Numbered from the stretch's first letter, positions 1-10,851 are shown. The stretch: DNA of 64,000 bases from Thainema sp. (GCA_052168235.1 JBQLZK010000004.1:133673-197672); one strand, 5' to 3'. Numbers and translations: made by a program. Notes: generated by a model from the sequence alone, not told the origin.

Positions 1-455
1 TCACTCACTTCTGCTAAAGCCCATTCTGAGTTGAGGAAATAAACTCTCTGAAAACGCGCCGTTCCACCCAAAACGCCTTGATAGGGAAGAAGAGAAGAAT
101 GATTAAGTAAATCAGCCCGTAGCTGTTCTATTGCTGATCCACTCCCTTGCAGCGGCAATTCTGACGTAGCCGTAGTAACTAAAAAATCAGACTCTAAGCT
201 TGGACAACTTTCACAGTTCAAGGTTGGGCAGGCTGGACAGACTGGATCGGGAGTTTTCCTTGTTAAACCAATCAATAACAAAACAAAGCAGACGCTAGCC
301 CACACTAATCGCTCACCCCAACGAATTTTGAACATTTTGCCACCTCCAACAGATTGAAGAGTTTATGTATCTGTTGGTTGCACTACTACTTACTATTGAA
401 GCTCATGTTTGACTTCTAAATAGGTAAATGTTACTAATTCTTGGCAAGAGTCAAA

Positions 456-2594
456 TTAGCTAATAATGTACGGCGAAGTTACGGCTGGAAATCGTCCAGT
501 GTACACACCTGCCTGATACATAACTGCTGCCACTTCTGCGCGGGTGGCGGGGTGATTAGGCCGTAGCTGGCGCACATCGGGAAAATTGACCACAAAATGA
601 TGCACCGTGGCGCTGGCAACAAAAGGGCGGGCAAACTCTGGGATTTCGAGATGATCTTGATAGAAATTGAGGATTGACTCGTCTTCGGTATCCAGGTTTA
701 AGCCGTTAATCAGCGAGACGTAGAGCTGCACCCGTGAGAGCGGCTGATTCGGGGCAAAGGTTTGATTAGGGAAACCAGACAGAAACTCGGCCTGATAAGC
801 TTGCTGAATCGCTGCCGCTGCCCAAAAGTTGGCGGGCACATCGGTAAACTCAATGCTGCCTCGTTTCGCGGGCGGATCGAAAACTCGCTTAATCAGCACC
901 GTATATTCCGCTCGCGTAATCGGCAAGTCGGGCCGAAAGGTACCGTCAACAAAGCCGCTGACCATCTGCTGATGGGTCAAACCGTATATAAAATCGGCGG
1001 CCCAGTGGTCTTGAGTATCGGCGTAGAAGGGAATCGTGATGTCCGGTCGCACAATGTAGGGCGAGGCAATTACAGGGGCGCGTCCCTGCACAACCAGCGC
1101 TTGATAGACCGTTGCCGCCATTTCTGCCCGCGTCATCTCGCGCATAGGATTTAGCTCGTCGTAGTGGGGATAGTTCACGACCAGACGACGCTGAGTAGCA
1201 ATCTCTAACGCTTCAATCGCATAGGGTGGAATTTGGGCGCGATCGCGATAAATCCGCAGGGCATCCGGCACTCCCCCGGTTAGCCGCAGCCCATTCACCA
1301 GCGAGACTAACCCCTGCACTCGCGTCAGATTGGTATCGGGACGAAACGAGCGATCCGGGTATCCCGCCAAAAATCCCATTGTGTTTGCCTGCCGAATCGC
1401 TTCATAGGCCCAAAACTGGGGCGACACGTCTACAAAGGTGCTCGCCGGACGCACCGCTTCTTGGCGAAATGCCGCCATCAAAATTGCCGCATACTGGGCA
1501 CGGGTAATCTTGGCGTTGGGCCGAAAGGTGCCGTCTAGAAAGCCGCGTACGATATTGAGATTAGCCAATCCTTCTACAAAGGGAGCGGCCCAATGTTCCG
1601 TCAGATCTTGAAATCGGGTTGCAACTGGATTTGCGATCGCACCTCCAACCTCCGAACCGTTCGACGGATTTGGCCTAGATTGCAGCGGCAGCGAAGAATA
1701 CACTTCACTGGCCACCCACTCGACTTGCCCTCGCACGCGGGTAGGATTCAGGTCGTTGCCGACGGATTGCACAGGCAATTCAGTGGCGTTGTGCAAATCA
1801 TAGTTACCGTTGCGGCGCAGCATGTTCAGGCCCGGATTTTGGGAATGCCCCAAATCCACCACCGCCTGATCGAGTAGGACTAATCCCTCAGCCTGATTTT
1901 GCTCCACCACGTTTTGTCGCAGGACGGGGCGCGCCTGCCCCCAAACTAGAATGCCAACTTGATTAAACGTGACTCGATTGGCAGTTACCAACGGAGCAGC
2001 CTGTTCACCAATAGCCAACCCGTATCCGGTGCGGCGAAAGGCATTGCGATGAATTTCACCCTTGGCTGAATGCACCATTGAAATGCCGCTGAGCCGATTT
2101 TGCTCAAACACATTGTCAATTAGGGCCGGATTGGCATTGCCGCTGATAAACACGCCCTCGCGTCCGCAGCGGGTAAATGTGTTGTGGGCCAGCGTCGGAT
2201 CGGCAGACTCAATCCAAACGCCTGACCCGTTTTCCGAGGGATTGGAAACGGTGATCCCGCGCAATTCTGATCCCGGCTGCATAACGAACGCCACGTTCTG
2301 CGGCACAAAGCCATTACTGGTGTGCAACCCTCCACCCGTGATGACGATATCTTGTCCCCAGTTCACCTCATCACCTGCGATCGCAACCTGAGCCGGCACC
2401 CGCAGCGGAAACCGTTCGCCATTGGCCGCATTGTACTGTCCCGCTTCGAGCTGAATCGTGGCCCCAGCCTGCACTTGACTGAGCGCCCAGGTCAGCGTTT
2501 TATAGGGCTGTTCTGCGCTGCCATAGCCCAACTGATCCCGACCTCGACGCGGATCAACATAAATCACTACCGATCGGGACACAGAACTAACCAT
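456..2594 (-). CDS. DUF1565/right-handed beta-helix protein with C-terminal S-layer homology (SLH) repeats
   Basis: N-terminal 'YVDP...G+A..PYKTLT.AL' and 'GERFPL' beta-helix start; repeated SLH motifs (GFLDGTFRPNAKITRAQ, GYPDRSFRPD, GFVDGTFRPD, GFPNQTFAPN). Confidence 0.85.
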   Translation of the reverse strand: MVSSVSRSVVIYVDPRRGRDQLGYGSAEQPYKTLTWALSQVQAGATIQLEAGQYNAANGERFPLRVPAQVAIAGDEVNWGQDIVITGGGLHTSNGFVPQNVAFVMQPGSELRGITVSNPSENGSGVWIESADPTLAHNTFTRCGREGVFISGNANPALIDNVFEQNRLSGISMVHSAKGEIHRNAFRRTGYGLAIGEQAAPLVTANRVTFNQVGILVWGQARPVLRQNVVEQNQAEGLVLLDQAVVDLGHSQNPGLNMLRRNGNYDLHNATELPVQSVGNDLNPTRVRGQVEWVASEVYSSLPLQSRPNPSNGSEVGGAIANPVATRFQDLTEHWAAPFVEGLANLNIVRGFLDGTFRPNAKITRAQYAAILMAAFRQEAVRPASTFVDVSPQFWAYEAIRQANTMGFLAGYPDRSFRPDTNLTRVQGLVSLVNGLRLTGGVPDALRIYRDRAQIPPYAIEALEIATQRRLVVNYPHYDELNPMREMTRAEMAATVYQALVVQGRAPVIASPYIVRPDITIPFYADTQDHWAADFIYGLTHQQMVSGFVDGTFRPDLPITRAEYTVLIKRVFDPPAKRGSIEFTDVPANFWAAAAIQQAYQAEFLSGFPNQTFAPNQPLSRVQLYVSLINGLNLDTEDESILNFYQDHLEIPEFARPFVASATVHHFVVNFPDVRQLRPNHPATRAEVAAVMYQAGVYTGRFPAVTSPYIIS

Positions 2595-2848
2595 TAGTCG
2601 CTTCCTAAGCTGGCGCGATCCAGAAAAATCATGCCGTTTTCCATGCCGCCCACAAAAAGATCAGCTAAAGCTTAAAAGCGAGTTCCCGATCTGCTACTGC
2701 TTTGCAACGAGTCTTAATGGTACAGTCCCCTATGTATGCTTCGATACCAATAAACGGTATATCAACCATCAAAAATCCCGAAGAATTACCCATTGTTGCC
2801 GGAGCCTGTTTGCAAACTGTAGATCTTCGGTTTTTTGTACAAAATTTA

Positions 2849-2937
2849 ATACGAAATCCGCTCATAAACCCCAAATTACTGTTGAGACGGTCAGGCTAAG
2901 CCTGACCGTCTCAACAGTAATTTGGTTCTTTCTAGCT
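2849..2937. repeat. Palindromic dispersed element, family A copy 1 (26-bp perfect stem, TAA loop)
   Basis: CCAAATTACTGTTGAGACGGTCAGGC-TAA-GCCTGACCGTCTCAACAGTAATTTGG at 2871-2925; flanks ATACGAAATCCGCT and GGTTCTTTCTAGCT are shared with 53191-53299. Confidence 0.85.
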
Positions 2938-2950
2938 ATTAACCAGCAGC

Positions 2951-3082
2951 TTAATAAGCAGCATGTATAGCCCAATACAAAAGCACCAAGATACCGCCCA
3001 AAATAAATACACTAGAGACTGCGATCGCAGGTGAGGTATCGGCATTGTCAAACTTCATGATGCCGCGATTTTGCTGAGTCAT
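2951..3082 (-). CDS. ndhQ: NDH-1 complex small subunit NdhQ (43 aa; absent from the ORF track)
   Basis: Manual translation MTQQNRGIMKFDNADTSPAIAVSSVFILGGILVLLYWAIHAAY; matches the NdhQ pattern NRGIMKFD.AD + TM helix + WA.H.AY; AAAGGAG RBS upstream. Confidence 0.88.
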   Translation of the reverse strand: MTQQNRGIMKFDNADTSPAIAVSSVFILGGILVLLYWAIHAAY

Positions 3083-3143
3083 AGCAAGTTTTACTCCTTT
3101 GGCTTGAAATAGTTGAAATGGTGGCTATGCCCGAATCCGTCAT

Positions 3144-3245
3144 ACTCACATCTTGCACTTTGCACTTTGAAAACCCGAAGAGGTTGTTTTGTTGCCGCGA
3201 TGCGGCAACAAAACAACCCTTCTGGGTTTAGTACAAGATGTGAGT
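3144..3245. mobile_element. MITE-like hairpin element, family B copy 1
   Basis: 16-bp TIR ACTCACATCTTG(C/T)ACT at 3144-3159 and 3230-3245; inner 17-bp stem GGTTGTTTTGTTGCCGC-GAT-GCGGCAACAAAACAACC; homologous to 26255-26416. Confidence 0.75.
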
Positions 3246-3516
3246 CATACAAATCATTTATGTGGCGGTTCTCAATATCATGACCTGATAACCGCCTATA
3301 TGTTTATGCTAGCCATAGTAATTTTGGGATCACTAGATTTTTAATTTGCTCTTTAGCAAAAGCAATTTGGCATTACAAAACGCAACATTTTGGTGTTTTC
3401 CAGAGCGATCTGCCATGCAATCGTCAATTCAATTTTGGCCAGTCAACCCAAGTTTTCTAAACCAGATTTGGCATCAACAGGTATAGTTCTGACTAAAAGC
3501 TCTTATCCTGAATCTT

Positions 3517-4608
3517 TTGCTTGTGAAACTTGCTCTTATTGTTCTGCTGATTGGTCTAGTTGTCGCTGTTGTTCTCGAACTCAGCCTGCGACGGATGTAC
3601 GGCTTTGGCAATCCGCTGCTCTATGTGGCCGATGTGCAAACCGGATACCGAATTGCCCCCAATCAAAGCGTGCGCCGCTCCGGCAATCGGATTCAAATCA
3701 ACCAGTATTCCATGCGTAGCAGCGAGATTACGCCAACTCGGCCACCGAATACGCTGCGAATTCTGCTGCTGGGCGACTCGATTGCCAACGGTGGCTGGTG
3801 GACAGATCAAGCGGATATTTTGTCAGAGCAAATCACCCAGCAGTTGCGATCGCACCTTTCAACCCTTACCGTTAACGGCGCAACCCCGCAATCTGTGGAA
3901 GTGCTCAACGCCTCAGCCAACTCTTGGGGGCCACGCAATGAACTGGCGTATCTGGCAAAGTTTGGCTCGTTTGAATCGCAAGCAATTGTGCTGCTGATTA
4001 ATACCGATGATTTGTTTACGATTGCGCCGACATCGCTACAGGTGGGCCGCGATCGCAACTATCCCGCCAGCAAACCTCCGCTAGCCATAATCGAAGTGAT
4101 TCAGCGCTATGCGCTTAAACCTGATCCCATTCCAGAACTACAGGAACTGCGGCAGGAAGGTGGCGATCGGGTAGCCGCCAATATGGAAGCGATGCGCCAG
4201 ATTAAAGCGATTGCCCAGCAGAACAACAGCTTCTTGCTGATTGCCATGACGCCGCTGCTGCGGGAAGTGGGTGAACCGGGCCCACGCGACTATGAGCTAG
4301 AGGCGCGGCGACGACTACAGGATTTTATGCGCTACGAAAACATTCCCTATATTGACTATCTGCCGATGTTTAGCCAGGCCGAATCTGCCGAGGCGCTCTA
4401 TCGAGACAACATTCACCTCAGTTTGACGGGCAATCAGATCGTGCGCGATCGCATCGTCGAAACGTTACTCAACCAGTTCAACTCGCTATCCGCCTTGCCT
4501 GGAACAGCCGAGTTTACACCTGCTGCAACCGGGACTGAACCATTCAGCACCAGTAACCGCGATCGCACCAATGATTCGATCATTGACGACCCGTGGGCTA
4601 CTCCTTAA
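3517..4608 (+). CDS. SGNH/GDSL hydrolase family protein with N-terminal membrane anchor
   Basis: RILLLGDSIANG (block I), VLNASANSWG, YRDNIHLS (DxxH). Confidence 0.85.
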   Translation: MLVKLALIVLLIGLVVAVVLELSLRRMYGFGNPLLYVADVQTGYRIAPNQSVRRSGNRIQINQYSMRSSEITPTRPPNTLRILLLGDSIANGGWWTDQADILSEQITQQLRSHLSTLTVNGATPQSVEVLNASANSWGPRNELAYLAKFGSFESQAIVLLINTDDLFTIAPTSLQVGRDRNYPASKPPLAIIEVIQRYALKPDPIPELQELRQEGGDRVAANMEAMRQIKAIAQQNNSFLLIAMTPLLREVGEPGPRDYELEARRRLQDFMRYENIPYIDYLPMFSQAESAEALYRDNIHLSLTGNQIVRDRIVETLLNQFNSLSALPGTAEFTPAATGTEPFSTSNRDRTNDSIIDDPWATP

Positions 4609-4610
4609 CA

Positions 4611-4700
4611 GATACGCAGTCCAGCTAAAACCCGATGATTTAGTGTCTGTGCAAGCTTGGCTAGGCCAAGCTTGCACAGACACTAAGGAACGCGGATTTA
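4611..4700. repeat. Palindromic dispersed element, family A-related (22-bp perfect stem, TAG loop)
   Basis: TTAGTGTCTGTGCAAGCTTGGC-TAG-GCCAAGCTTGCACAGACACTAA at 4640-4686; left flank ATACGCAGTCCAGCTAAAACCC resembles the reverse complement of the right flanks at ~53272-53297 and ~59465-59489. Confidence 0.75.
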
Positions 4701-4719
4701 TTAAGGTGCAATCTTTGGG

Positions 4720-4748
4720 GTAGGGACACGGCAGTGCCGTGTCCCTAC
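4720..4748. repeat. GTAG-type REP-like palindrome
   Basis: GTAGGGACACGGC-AGT-GCCGTGTCCCTAC, 13-bp perfect stem beginning with GTAG. Confidence 0.75.
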
Positions 4749-4890
4749 GAATGGAACGGTTTACAGGCTATTTGATCCACAATCCTAAGTTAGGTTCTGA
4801 TACAGGGACTCGATAAACGACAAGTCGTCAATCACCTGAATGACCTTTAAAGCAAAAGCGCGCAGCAATACTACGCGCTTCTGTTGGATG

Positions 4891-5184
4891 TTAGGTGTAT
4901 CGTCCCCATCTCAATAAGGCCGTGACCACGTAAAGCACAATGGCCGAGCCAATAATCGACGGGATAATCGTTACCCCTTCGAACTGCCAGTTCAAAAAGT
5001 CGAAGTCGATTCCATATTGATTGCGGACGAGTGCATGTGCCCAGGCCCCAAACCACACGCCTGCAAGGCCGATGAGAATCAACCCCAAAATCTTGCCCGG
5101 TATTGTGCGTGGCACCAGCGCATTTGAGATCGCAGCACAGATGGCTGCAATGATGAGCTGAATGAGGATTTGTTTCGGATCCAT
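4891..5184 (-). CDS. GlsB/YeaQ/YmgE-family small membrane protein
   Basis: Three hydrophobic segments, 'IIPSIIGSAIVL'; start moved to MDPKQ (ATG at 5184, just after the proC stop). Confidence 0.75.
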   Translation of the reverse strand: MDPKQILIQLIIAAICAAISNALVPRTIPGKILGLILIGLAGVWFGAWAHALVRNQYGIDFDFLNWQFEGVTIIPSIIGSAIVLYVVTALLRWGRYT

Positions 5185-5197
5185 TGTCCTAACCCTC

Positions 5198-6025
5198 TTA
5201 TGATTGACCCAACTCCTGCGATCGCGCACTTGCAGCTCGGACAGCTTCGATCAATGCCGAACGGAGTCCCAGCTCTTCCAGCTTGGCAATCCCCGTAATG
5301 GTCGTACCGCCTGGACTGGTAACGCGATCCTTCAGCACCCCAGGATGTAAATTCTCTGCCTGAATTAATTCTGCCGTACCGCGCACGGTTTGGATCGCGA
5401 GTTGCAGGGCAATCGGACGCGGTAAACCTGCCGCCACACCACCATCAGCTAAGGCTTCAATCACCAGCGCCACATATCCCGGCCCTGATCCCGACAGGCC
5501 CGTGACTGCATCCATCAGATATTCCGGCACCTCCACTACGTCGCCAATCGCCTCTAACACCTGTCGCGCTTGGCTTAGATGATGGGATTGAACCTGCTGC
5601 CCCAGTGCAATCGCAGTCATGCCTGCTCCCACTATAGCAGGCGTATTCGGCATGGCTCGAATCACCGCCTGATTAGGGAAAGCAGCTTCTAAACGGCTCA
5701 GCGGGGTGCCTGCCAAAATAGACAATACGCAAGCTGTGGGTGAGATCGCAGCTGCCGCCAACTCAGCTGCAACAACGGGGAAGATTTGAGGCTTAATTGC
5801 CAGCAGCACAATATTTTCAGCCTCAGCAACCTGCATGTTTGCTGTCGTCGTTTGCACCCCATAGGTTTGCTCTAAATACGTCCGACGGCTCTCGGCTGGA
5901 TCGCTAACTAAAACAGCATCCGGTGCATATAAGTTCCGATGAAGAAGGCGGGATAAAATGGCTTCTCCCATTACCCCGCCTCCAATCATGCCAAATTGAA
6001 TCGACATCGAATAATCTACGCTCAT
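5198..6025 (-). CDS. proC: Pyrroline-5-carboxylate reductase
   Basis: IGGGVMG, RAMPNTP, TGLSGSGPGY, VTSPGGTT motifs; conserved pipY-sepF-proC order. Confidence 0.96.
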   Translation of the reverse strand: MSVDYSMSIQFGMIGGGVMGEAILSRLLHRNLYAPDAVLVSDPAESRRTYLEQTYGVQTTTANMQVAEAENIVLLAIKPQIFPVVAAELAAAAISPTACVLSILAGTPLSRLEAAFPNQAVIRAMPNTPAIVGAGMTAIALGQQVQSHHLSQARQVLEAIGDVVEVPEYLMDAVTGLSGSGPGYVALVIEALADGGVAAGLPRPIALQLAIQTVRGTAELIQAENLHPGVLKDRVTSPGGTTITGIAKLEELGLRSALIEAVRAASARSQELGQS

Positions 6026-6114
6026 CAGTAGTGGTAATCAGGTAATGAATTTAGGTTGTATGAGCCAGCCCACACAACCTAAATTCATTACCGTTTTGAG
6101 AACTACTCGCTAAT

Positions 6115-6747
6115 CTACGCCATACGAACCTGTGGTTCAACACCCCATGCTGGAGTGGGAGCAGCCTGCTGCGGGCGCATGTGGGGCTGAGGCTGAGGCT
6201 CATGCATATCGTTTTGTAAATCAAGCTGAGTGCTGACCTGAACACAATTGGGAGTGAAGAGGAAAATGCTCTCACCAATGCGCTCTTGATGCCCATCAAT
6301 GGCGTAAGTACCACCCGCCACGAAGTCAACAGCACGCTGAGCCTGATCCGGATCCATGATGGTTAGGTTGAGCACAACGGACTTGCGCTCACGTAATGCC
6401 TGAATCGCTTGCGGCATCTCTTCAAACGAACGAGGTTCCATGACGACAACTTCTGACATGCCATTCATGGCTCCGGGCATTCCGATTACGTTATTCATAG
6501 AAGATACCATTCCGGGTTCTGAATTCATTACACGATCTCTAACTCGACGACGACTGCGGATCTCTTCCTGAGGCTGCTGGGGAGGAGGAGCAACAGGCAT
6601 GGGCGCTTGAGGCGGCATATGCTGCTCTTCTTGGTAGAGGTTCTGATACTCTTCGACCCCATCCATCTCGTCATATTCGTATTCGTAATCGGCTGGGTCA
6701 CTTAAGCCCACAAAATCCCGTAACTTCGTGAAGATACTACTGCTCAC
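6115..6747 (-). CDS. sepF: Cell division protein SepF
   Basis: [25 protein letters not shown]...[17 protein letters not shown]; synteny. Confidence 0.95.
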   Translation of the reverse strand: MSSSIFTKLRDFVGLSDPADYEYEYDEMDGVEEYQNLYQEEQHMPPQAPMPVAPPPQQPQEEIRSRRRVRDRVMNSEPGMVSSMNNVIGMPGAMNGMSEVVVMEPRSFEEMPQAIQALRERKSVVLNLTIMDPDQAQRAVDFVAGGTYAIDGHQERIGESIFLFTPNCVQVSTQLDLQNDMHEPQPQPHMRPQQAAPTPAWGVEPQVRMA

Positions 6748-7856
6748 GGTTCACGCTCCATCACGACTAGAGTTAACAGTTCAATCAATTCTTTGGCTAA
6801 TCGCTAGTTAGCAAATTGATTAAACATCAAAAACCAAACAAAAGCAAAACTTTTTTCGGATTGAGACTATTGTCTCTCCAATGAGCTGTTTCGCGCTGTT
6901 CTTAATCAAGAATTAAGGCCTGTATGTACAGCTCATGTGATCGCAACTTTGCCAAAAATCCGAACCGAAAATCAATAAGCGCTAAAGGCTTTCTTCGCCT
7001 CGTTTTTGCTGGTTGTCTTTCAACATTGAGTCCACAGTATACATCAATTTTCCAAAGTCAACCCTTTGTTAATTTCTTGTCAAAATTGAGCTGGCGATGA
7101 TGGCTAATCCAAGCCTGTAGAATTCTTGTTCTACCTGATCAAACCCTTGTCAGCCGAGGGGTTGAGCGGATGGTTGTATATCTAAGATTTTAATAATGAC
7201 GTTGTATTCACTTAACGGTTCGAAAGAGAAGGGGGAGTACTCGATTGGACAAGCTTAATTCCTCTAACGCTCTGTTAAATTTTCATCTGAAGGTTCAACA
7301 ATCACTGAAAACGTATTCGATTTAACAAATTGCCAGCACAAACTTAGCGGACATCGTTATCAAAATAAAGACTGATGTCAGCTTAAATAAGAAAATGCAT
7401 GCCAAAAGCTGATCTGATAACTGAAAAAACAAGTCACAGATCTCTGCCGAGCTAAACTCAACAGCTATAAAACTAGTGGTGAAATTATCCAGATAAGTTA
7501 GATATAGAGCGATTACAACTGCCCATATCCCATCCTGATGAGAAACTCCAGTTTCTAATCGGAACTGGGTTCAACTGTATCTGTATTTTTATGGTTTGAC
7601 CCTGATTTTGAGATCAGCGTTGAGACCGATCGAGGACAATGTCCCAATTCTTACTGAGATTGCGTGCGGCTTAGCCGCCAAGACAAATCGGGAGATTGTC
7701 CGAGCCGTTCTCCACTTACTGCTGAAGGATAGCACTATTTATCAGAAATGGAACACGACAGTCAAATATTGTGAGATGAACATGGGGTAAGGTGCCAAAT
7801 TCGTATCTATGCTGAAGTTTCACCTACTGTCTCATCTGATTCAATCTAGAATCTGA

Positions 7857-8528
7857 TCAATATATGCGCTGTCCAAACAGGCTACGACCAATTCGCACCA
7901 TCGTCGAACCGGCCCGAATTGCGATCGCATAATCCGCCGACATCCCCATCGAAAGTTGATCCATCGGCCAATCCGTTTCTTGAGCCAGTTGATGCGCTAA
8001 CTCCCGCACCTGAATAAATCCCTGTTCCGTTTCAGCTTCGGTTAATCCCAACGGCAAAATCGTCATCAGGCCGCGAATGGGTAAATGTTCACACTTGAGT
8101 AATTCCGGTAAATCCTGCCGCAGCTCCAGCATTGTCCAGCCATACTTGTTGGGATCAGGCAGTGGTTTAACCTGGAGGCACATTTGCGGCACTCGCTCTA
8201 AATCGGCGGCGAGCCGATTTAGCCGTTGGGCCAGCTTCAGGCTATCGACGGAATGAATCCAGTCAAACTGCTCTAGTGCTTTCTGGGCCTTATTACTCTG
8301 AAGATGACCGATAAAGTGCCAAATAATATCAGCAGAGGTTAAGATCTCTTGTTTCTCTGCCGCTTCTTGAACTTTGCTTTCACCAAAGTCGCGCAGTCCA
8401 GCGTCATACGCAATCTTCATGGCCTCCACTGGAATCTGCTTAGAGACCGCGATTAGACAGACATGCGGCGGTATGGACTGCCGCACTTGAGCAATCTGAT
8501 CAGCAATTTCAGAGTTAGATAAAACCAT
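7857..8528 (-). CDS. pipY: PLP homeostasis protein PipY (YggS family)
   Basis: LIAVSK, WHFIGHLQSNK, LSMGMSADY, VRIGRSLFG; follows pipX. Confidence 0.95.
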   Translation of the reverse strand: MVLSNSEIADQIAQVRQSIPPHVCLIAVSKQIPVEAMKIAYDAGLRDFGESKVQEAAEKQEILTSADIIWHFIGHLQSNKAQKALEQFDWIHSVDSLKLAQRLNRLAADLERVPQMCLQVKPLPDPNKYGWTMLELRQDLPELLKCEHLPIRGLMTILPLGLTEAETEQGFIQVRELAHQLAQETDWPMDQLSMGMSADYAIAIRAGSTMVRIGRSLFGQRIY

Positions 8529-8596
8529 AATCAGTTGATGATTTAGCCCGCCTACCTGTCAAATTGGGCGTGAGACAGCCGCAAAACAGTAACTCG

Positions 8597-8866
8597 TTAC
8601 TGAAATGTACGTTTATAGGTCTGTAAAAGCTGGTCATATTCGGTATACTGCCCCGTTCGTCTCAACAGGCGCAGGCGATTTTCGAGGACTACACGAGCGT
8701 CGGTGCGAGTGGTTGGATCAAACCGCGTTCCACTACCCGATATCGTCACAATGAAAAATAGACGTTGCGCATAGAGGGTCGAAAATAGCTCGCTGTTCTC
8801 ATCAATGACACAGATCCGGAACAGCAAACCAAATGTTGGATGATTTAAATAGGTTTCAGCACTCAT
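8597..8866 (-). CDS. pipX: PII/NtcA-interacting protein PipX
   Basis: 89 aa; ETYLNHPTFGLL...LFSTLYAQRLFF. Confidence 0.96.
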   Translation of the reverse strand: MSAETYLNHPTFGLLFRICVIDENSELFSTLYAQRLFFIVTISGSGTRFDPTTRTDARVVLENRLRLLRRTGQYTEYDQLLQTYKRTFQ

Positions 8867-9204
8867 TCAAGCTTGGCTTTCAGATGGATGTTCAACATGG
8901 GCAATCTATCAATGGTTAGAGGAGCTATTTTACACTGTTTTGTGACTGTATTCAGTACATAGCAAGGGTTTCAGCTAATTGAAAGTACGCCTAAATATAG
9001 AATCTCGAATGAATCTCAAAATAGGGTATTGTCTCTAAAGCGTGAAAAATAGTATTGGGTCAAGATTACCGCTATCCCGACCTATATTACTGCCTTTGCT
9101 ACTTTTTCTAATCTGATAGTTGATAGAACTCAATCGTTTGGGAGTGAGGAGCAAGGCCTGAGGCGTTGGCGCTCACAGCGTAAGTTTCTAGGACTGAGTG
9201 TTGG

Positions 9205-9261
9205 TGTTGGGTTTTAGGTGTTGGATTTTAGGCTTTTAGGTTCTGGGTTTTAGGTGCTGGG
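9205..9261. repeat. Short tandem heptamer repeats (STRR-like)
   Basis: Alternating TGTTGGG/TTTTAGG-type 7-mers, about 8 units. Confidence 0.75.
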
Positions 9262-9303
9262 AACTCACCCACCCATTTCTACCTTGTCTATCCATCTACC
9301 CAT

Positions 9304-10851
9304 CTACTCATTCACCCACCCACTCTTTAAACCAAGGGCAAGCAATTGTGCTTTGGCTTTTTGAATCGATTCATGCCACTCGCGCTCTGGATCGCTGTCG
9401 GCTACAATTCCAGCTCCCACTTGTCCCCAGACGGTTTGTAATGTCTCGGTTTCCTCACCTGAGGAGGAGTTAGACGGTGCCATGAGCAGGGTGCGAATCA
9501 GAATATTCAGGTCGAGATGTCCCCGCTGATCGAGATAGCCACAGGAGCCATAAAACAAGCTGCGCCGTATGGGTTCCAGTTCTTCGATGATTTCCATACA
9601 GCGGACTTTGGGGCAACCCGTGATCGTTCCGCCAGGAAAAACGGCCCGGATTAAATCAATGGCGTTGAGATCGCACTTTAGATCTCCAATCACATTACTC
9701 ACCAGATGCATGACGTGGCTATAGCGCTCCACGGTGAGTAACTCATTCACCTGCACCGAACCCCAATCGCAGACTCGGCCCAAATCATTGCGCTCCAGAT
9801 CCACCAGCATAATGTGCTCGGCATTTTCCTTGCGATTCTGAAGCAAGGCTTGCTCATAGGATTGATCGTCCTGGACAGTGGCACCACGGGGGCGAGTGCC
9901 CGCAATTGGACGAGTTTGCGCCTGTCGTTGTTCGAGTTGAATCAGCCGCTCAGGGGAACAACTGACAACTTCGCCCCAGGGAGTCCGCCAGTAGCTAGCG
10001 AAGGGTGAAGGATTAATCTGCTGGAGCTGACGATAGATTTCCCAACCTGTTGCTTCGGTGGTCAATTCAAACCGCAACGACAGATTCGTTTGAAAAATGT
10101 CACCAGCTTGAATATAAGCTTTGGCCTGCCGGACGGCAGCTTCATATGCAGCTTGGGACGTACCAAAGCGCAAAGTTGAGACTTGCCGAGCTTTGAATGA
10201 ATGAGCCGGAGCACGATCCCTTAAGAATGGCTGGGCTTGATCCCATTGGTCAAGCCGCTCTTCTAAATCACTGAACTGCTCGGGATCAGTGACAGCCAGC
10301 CACAACTGCTGCTGCGCGTGATCCAGTACCGCGAACCACTCCGGTTCATACCAGTACGCCACCGGAAACGGCAGCGGATCAGTGTTTAAGTTGGGCAAGC
10401 ATTCAATTTCCCAGGCCAAATCGTAGCCGAGCCAGCCAAGCCAGCCACCTGTGAAGGGTAAATCCGGCTGTATCTCAGTTTTAACGGCAGTTGCAGCCGT
10501 CATCAACCGCTGCTGTAGTGTATTCAGAATATCGCCAATTGCAGGTGTCCACAGCTTTAACTGACCAGCATCTCGACGCGGCGGGCCAGCGCAGATGGAC
10601 ATGCGGGTCATCGTTTGTACCGCATCCACTGCTTGCTGATCGGCAGGTAAGGGATAGGGACTTTCGAGCAGAGTTGCGATCGCAGTTTCCGGCGGCACCA
10701 AAGCGACAAACACATCAGAGCCCGTGCGCTGTACCAAAGGGTAGGAACGCCAGTGCCAAGGCTGTAAAGATGCTGTCTCCGCTTTTTTTTCCGATGACTG
10801 ATTGAGTAATGGCTTCAGGTTTTGATCCAACGTTTGCTCTGGTGCCGTCAC
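9304..10851 (-). CDS. Anthranilate synthase component I family chorismate-binding enzyme (TrpE/PabB-like)
   Basis: GDIFQTNLS, SPERL, RPIAGTRPRG, EHIMLVDLERNDLGRV, FPGGTITGCPKVR. Confidence 0.88.
   Translation of the reverse strand: MTAPEQTLDQNLKPLLNQSSEKKAETASLQPWHWRSYPLVQRTGSDVFVALVPPETAIATLLESPYPLPADQQAVDAVQTMTRMSICAGPPRRDAGQLKLWTPAIGDILNTLQQRLMTAATAVKTEIQPDLPFTGGWLGWLGYDLAWEIECLPNLNTDPLPFPVAYWYEPEWFAVLDHAQQQLWLAVTDPEQFSDLEERLDQWDQAQPFLRDRAPAHSFKARQVSTLRFGTSQAAYEAAVRQAKAYIQAGDIFQTNLSLRFELTTEATGWEIYRQLQQINPSPFASYWRTPWGEVVSCSPERLIQLEQRQAQTRPIAGTRPRGATVQDDQSYEQALLQNRKENAEHIMLVDLERNDLGRVCDWGSVQVNELLTVERYSHVMHLVSNVIGDLKCDLNAIDLIRAVFPGGTITGCPKVRCMEIIEELEPIRRSLFYGSCGYLDQRGHLDLNILIRTLLMAPSNSSSGEETETLQTVWGQVGAGIVADSDPEREWHESIQKAKAQLLALGLKSGWVNE

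Noticed and set aside
7596..7790. 64-aa plus-strand ORF in the pipY-sepF gap
   Set aside because: TTG start, no RBS, no motif, and it overlaps a hairpin; probably spurious.
8940..8965. NtcA site upstream of pipX
   Set aside because: GTA and TAC are separated by 5 nt rather than 8.
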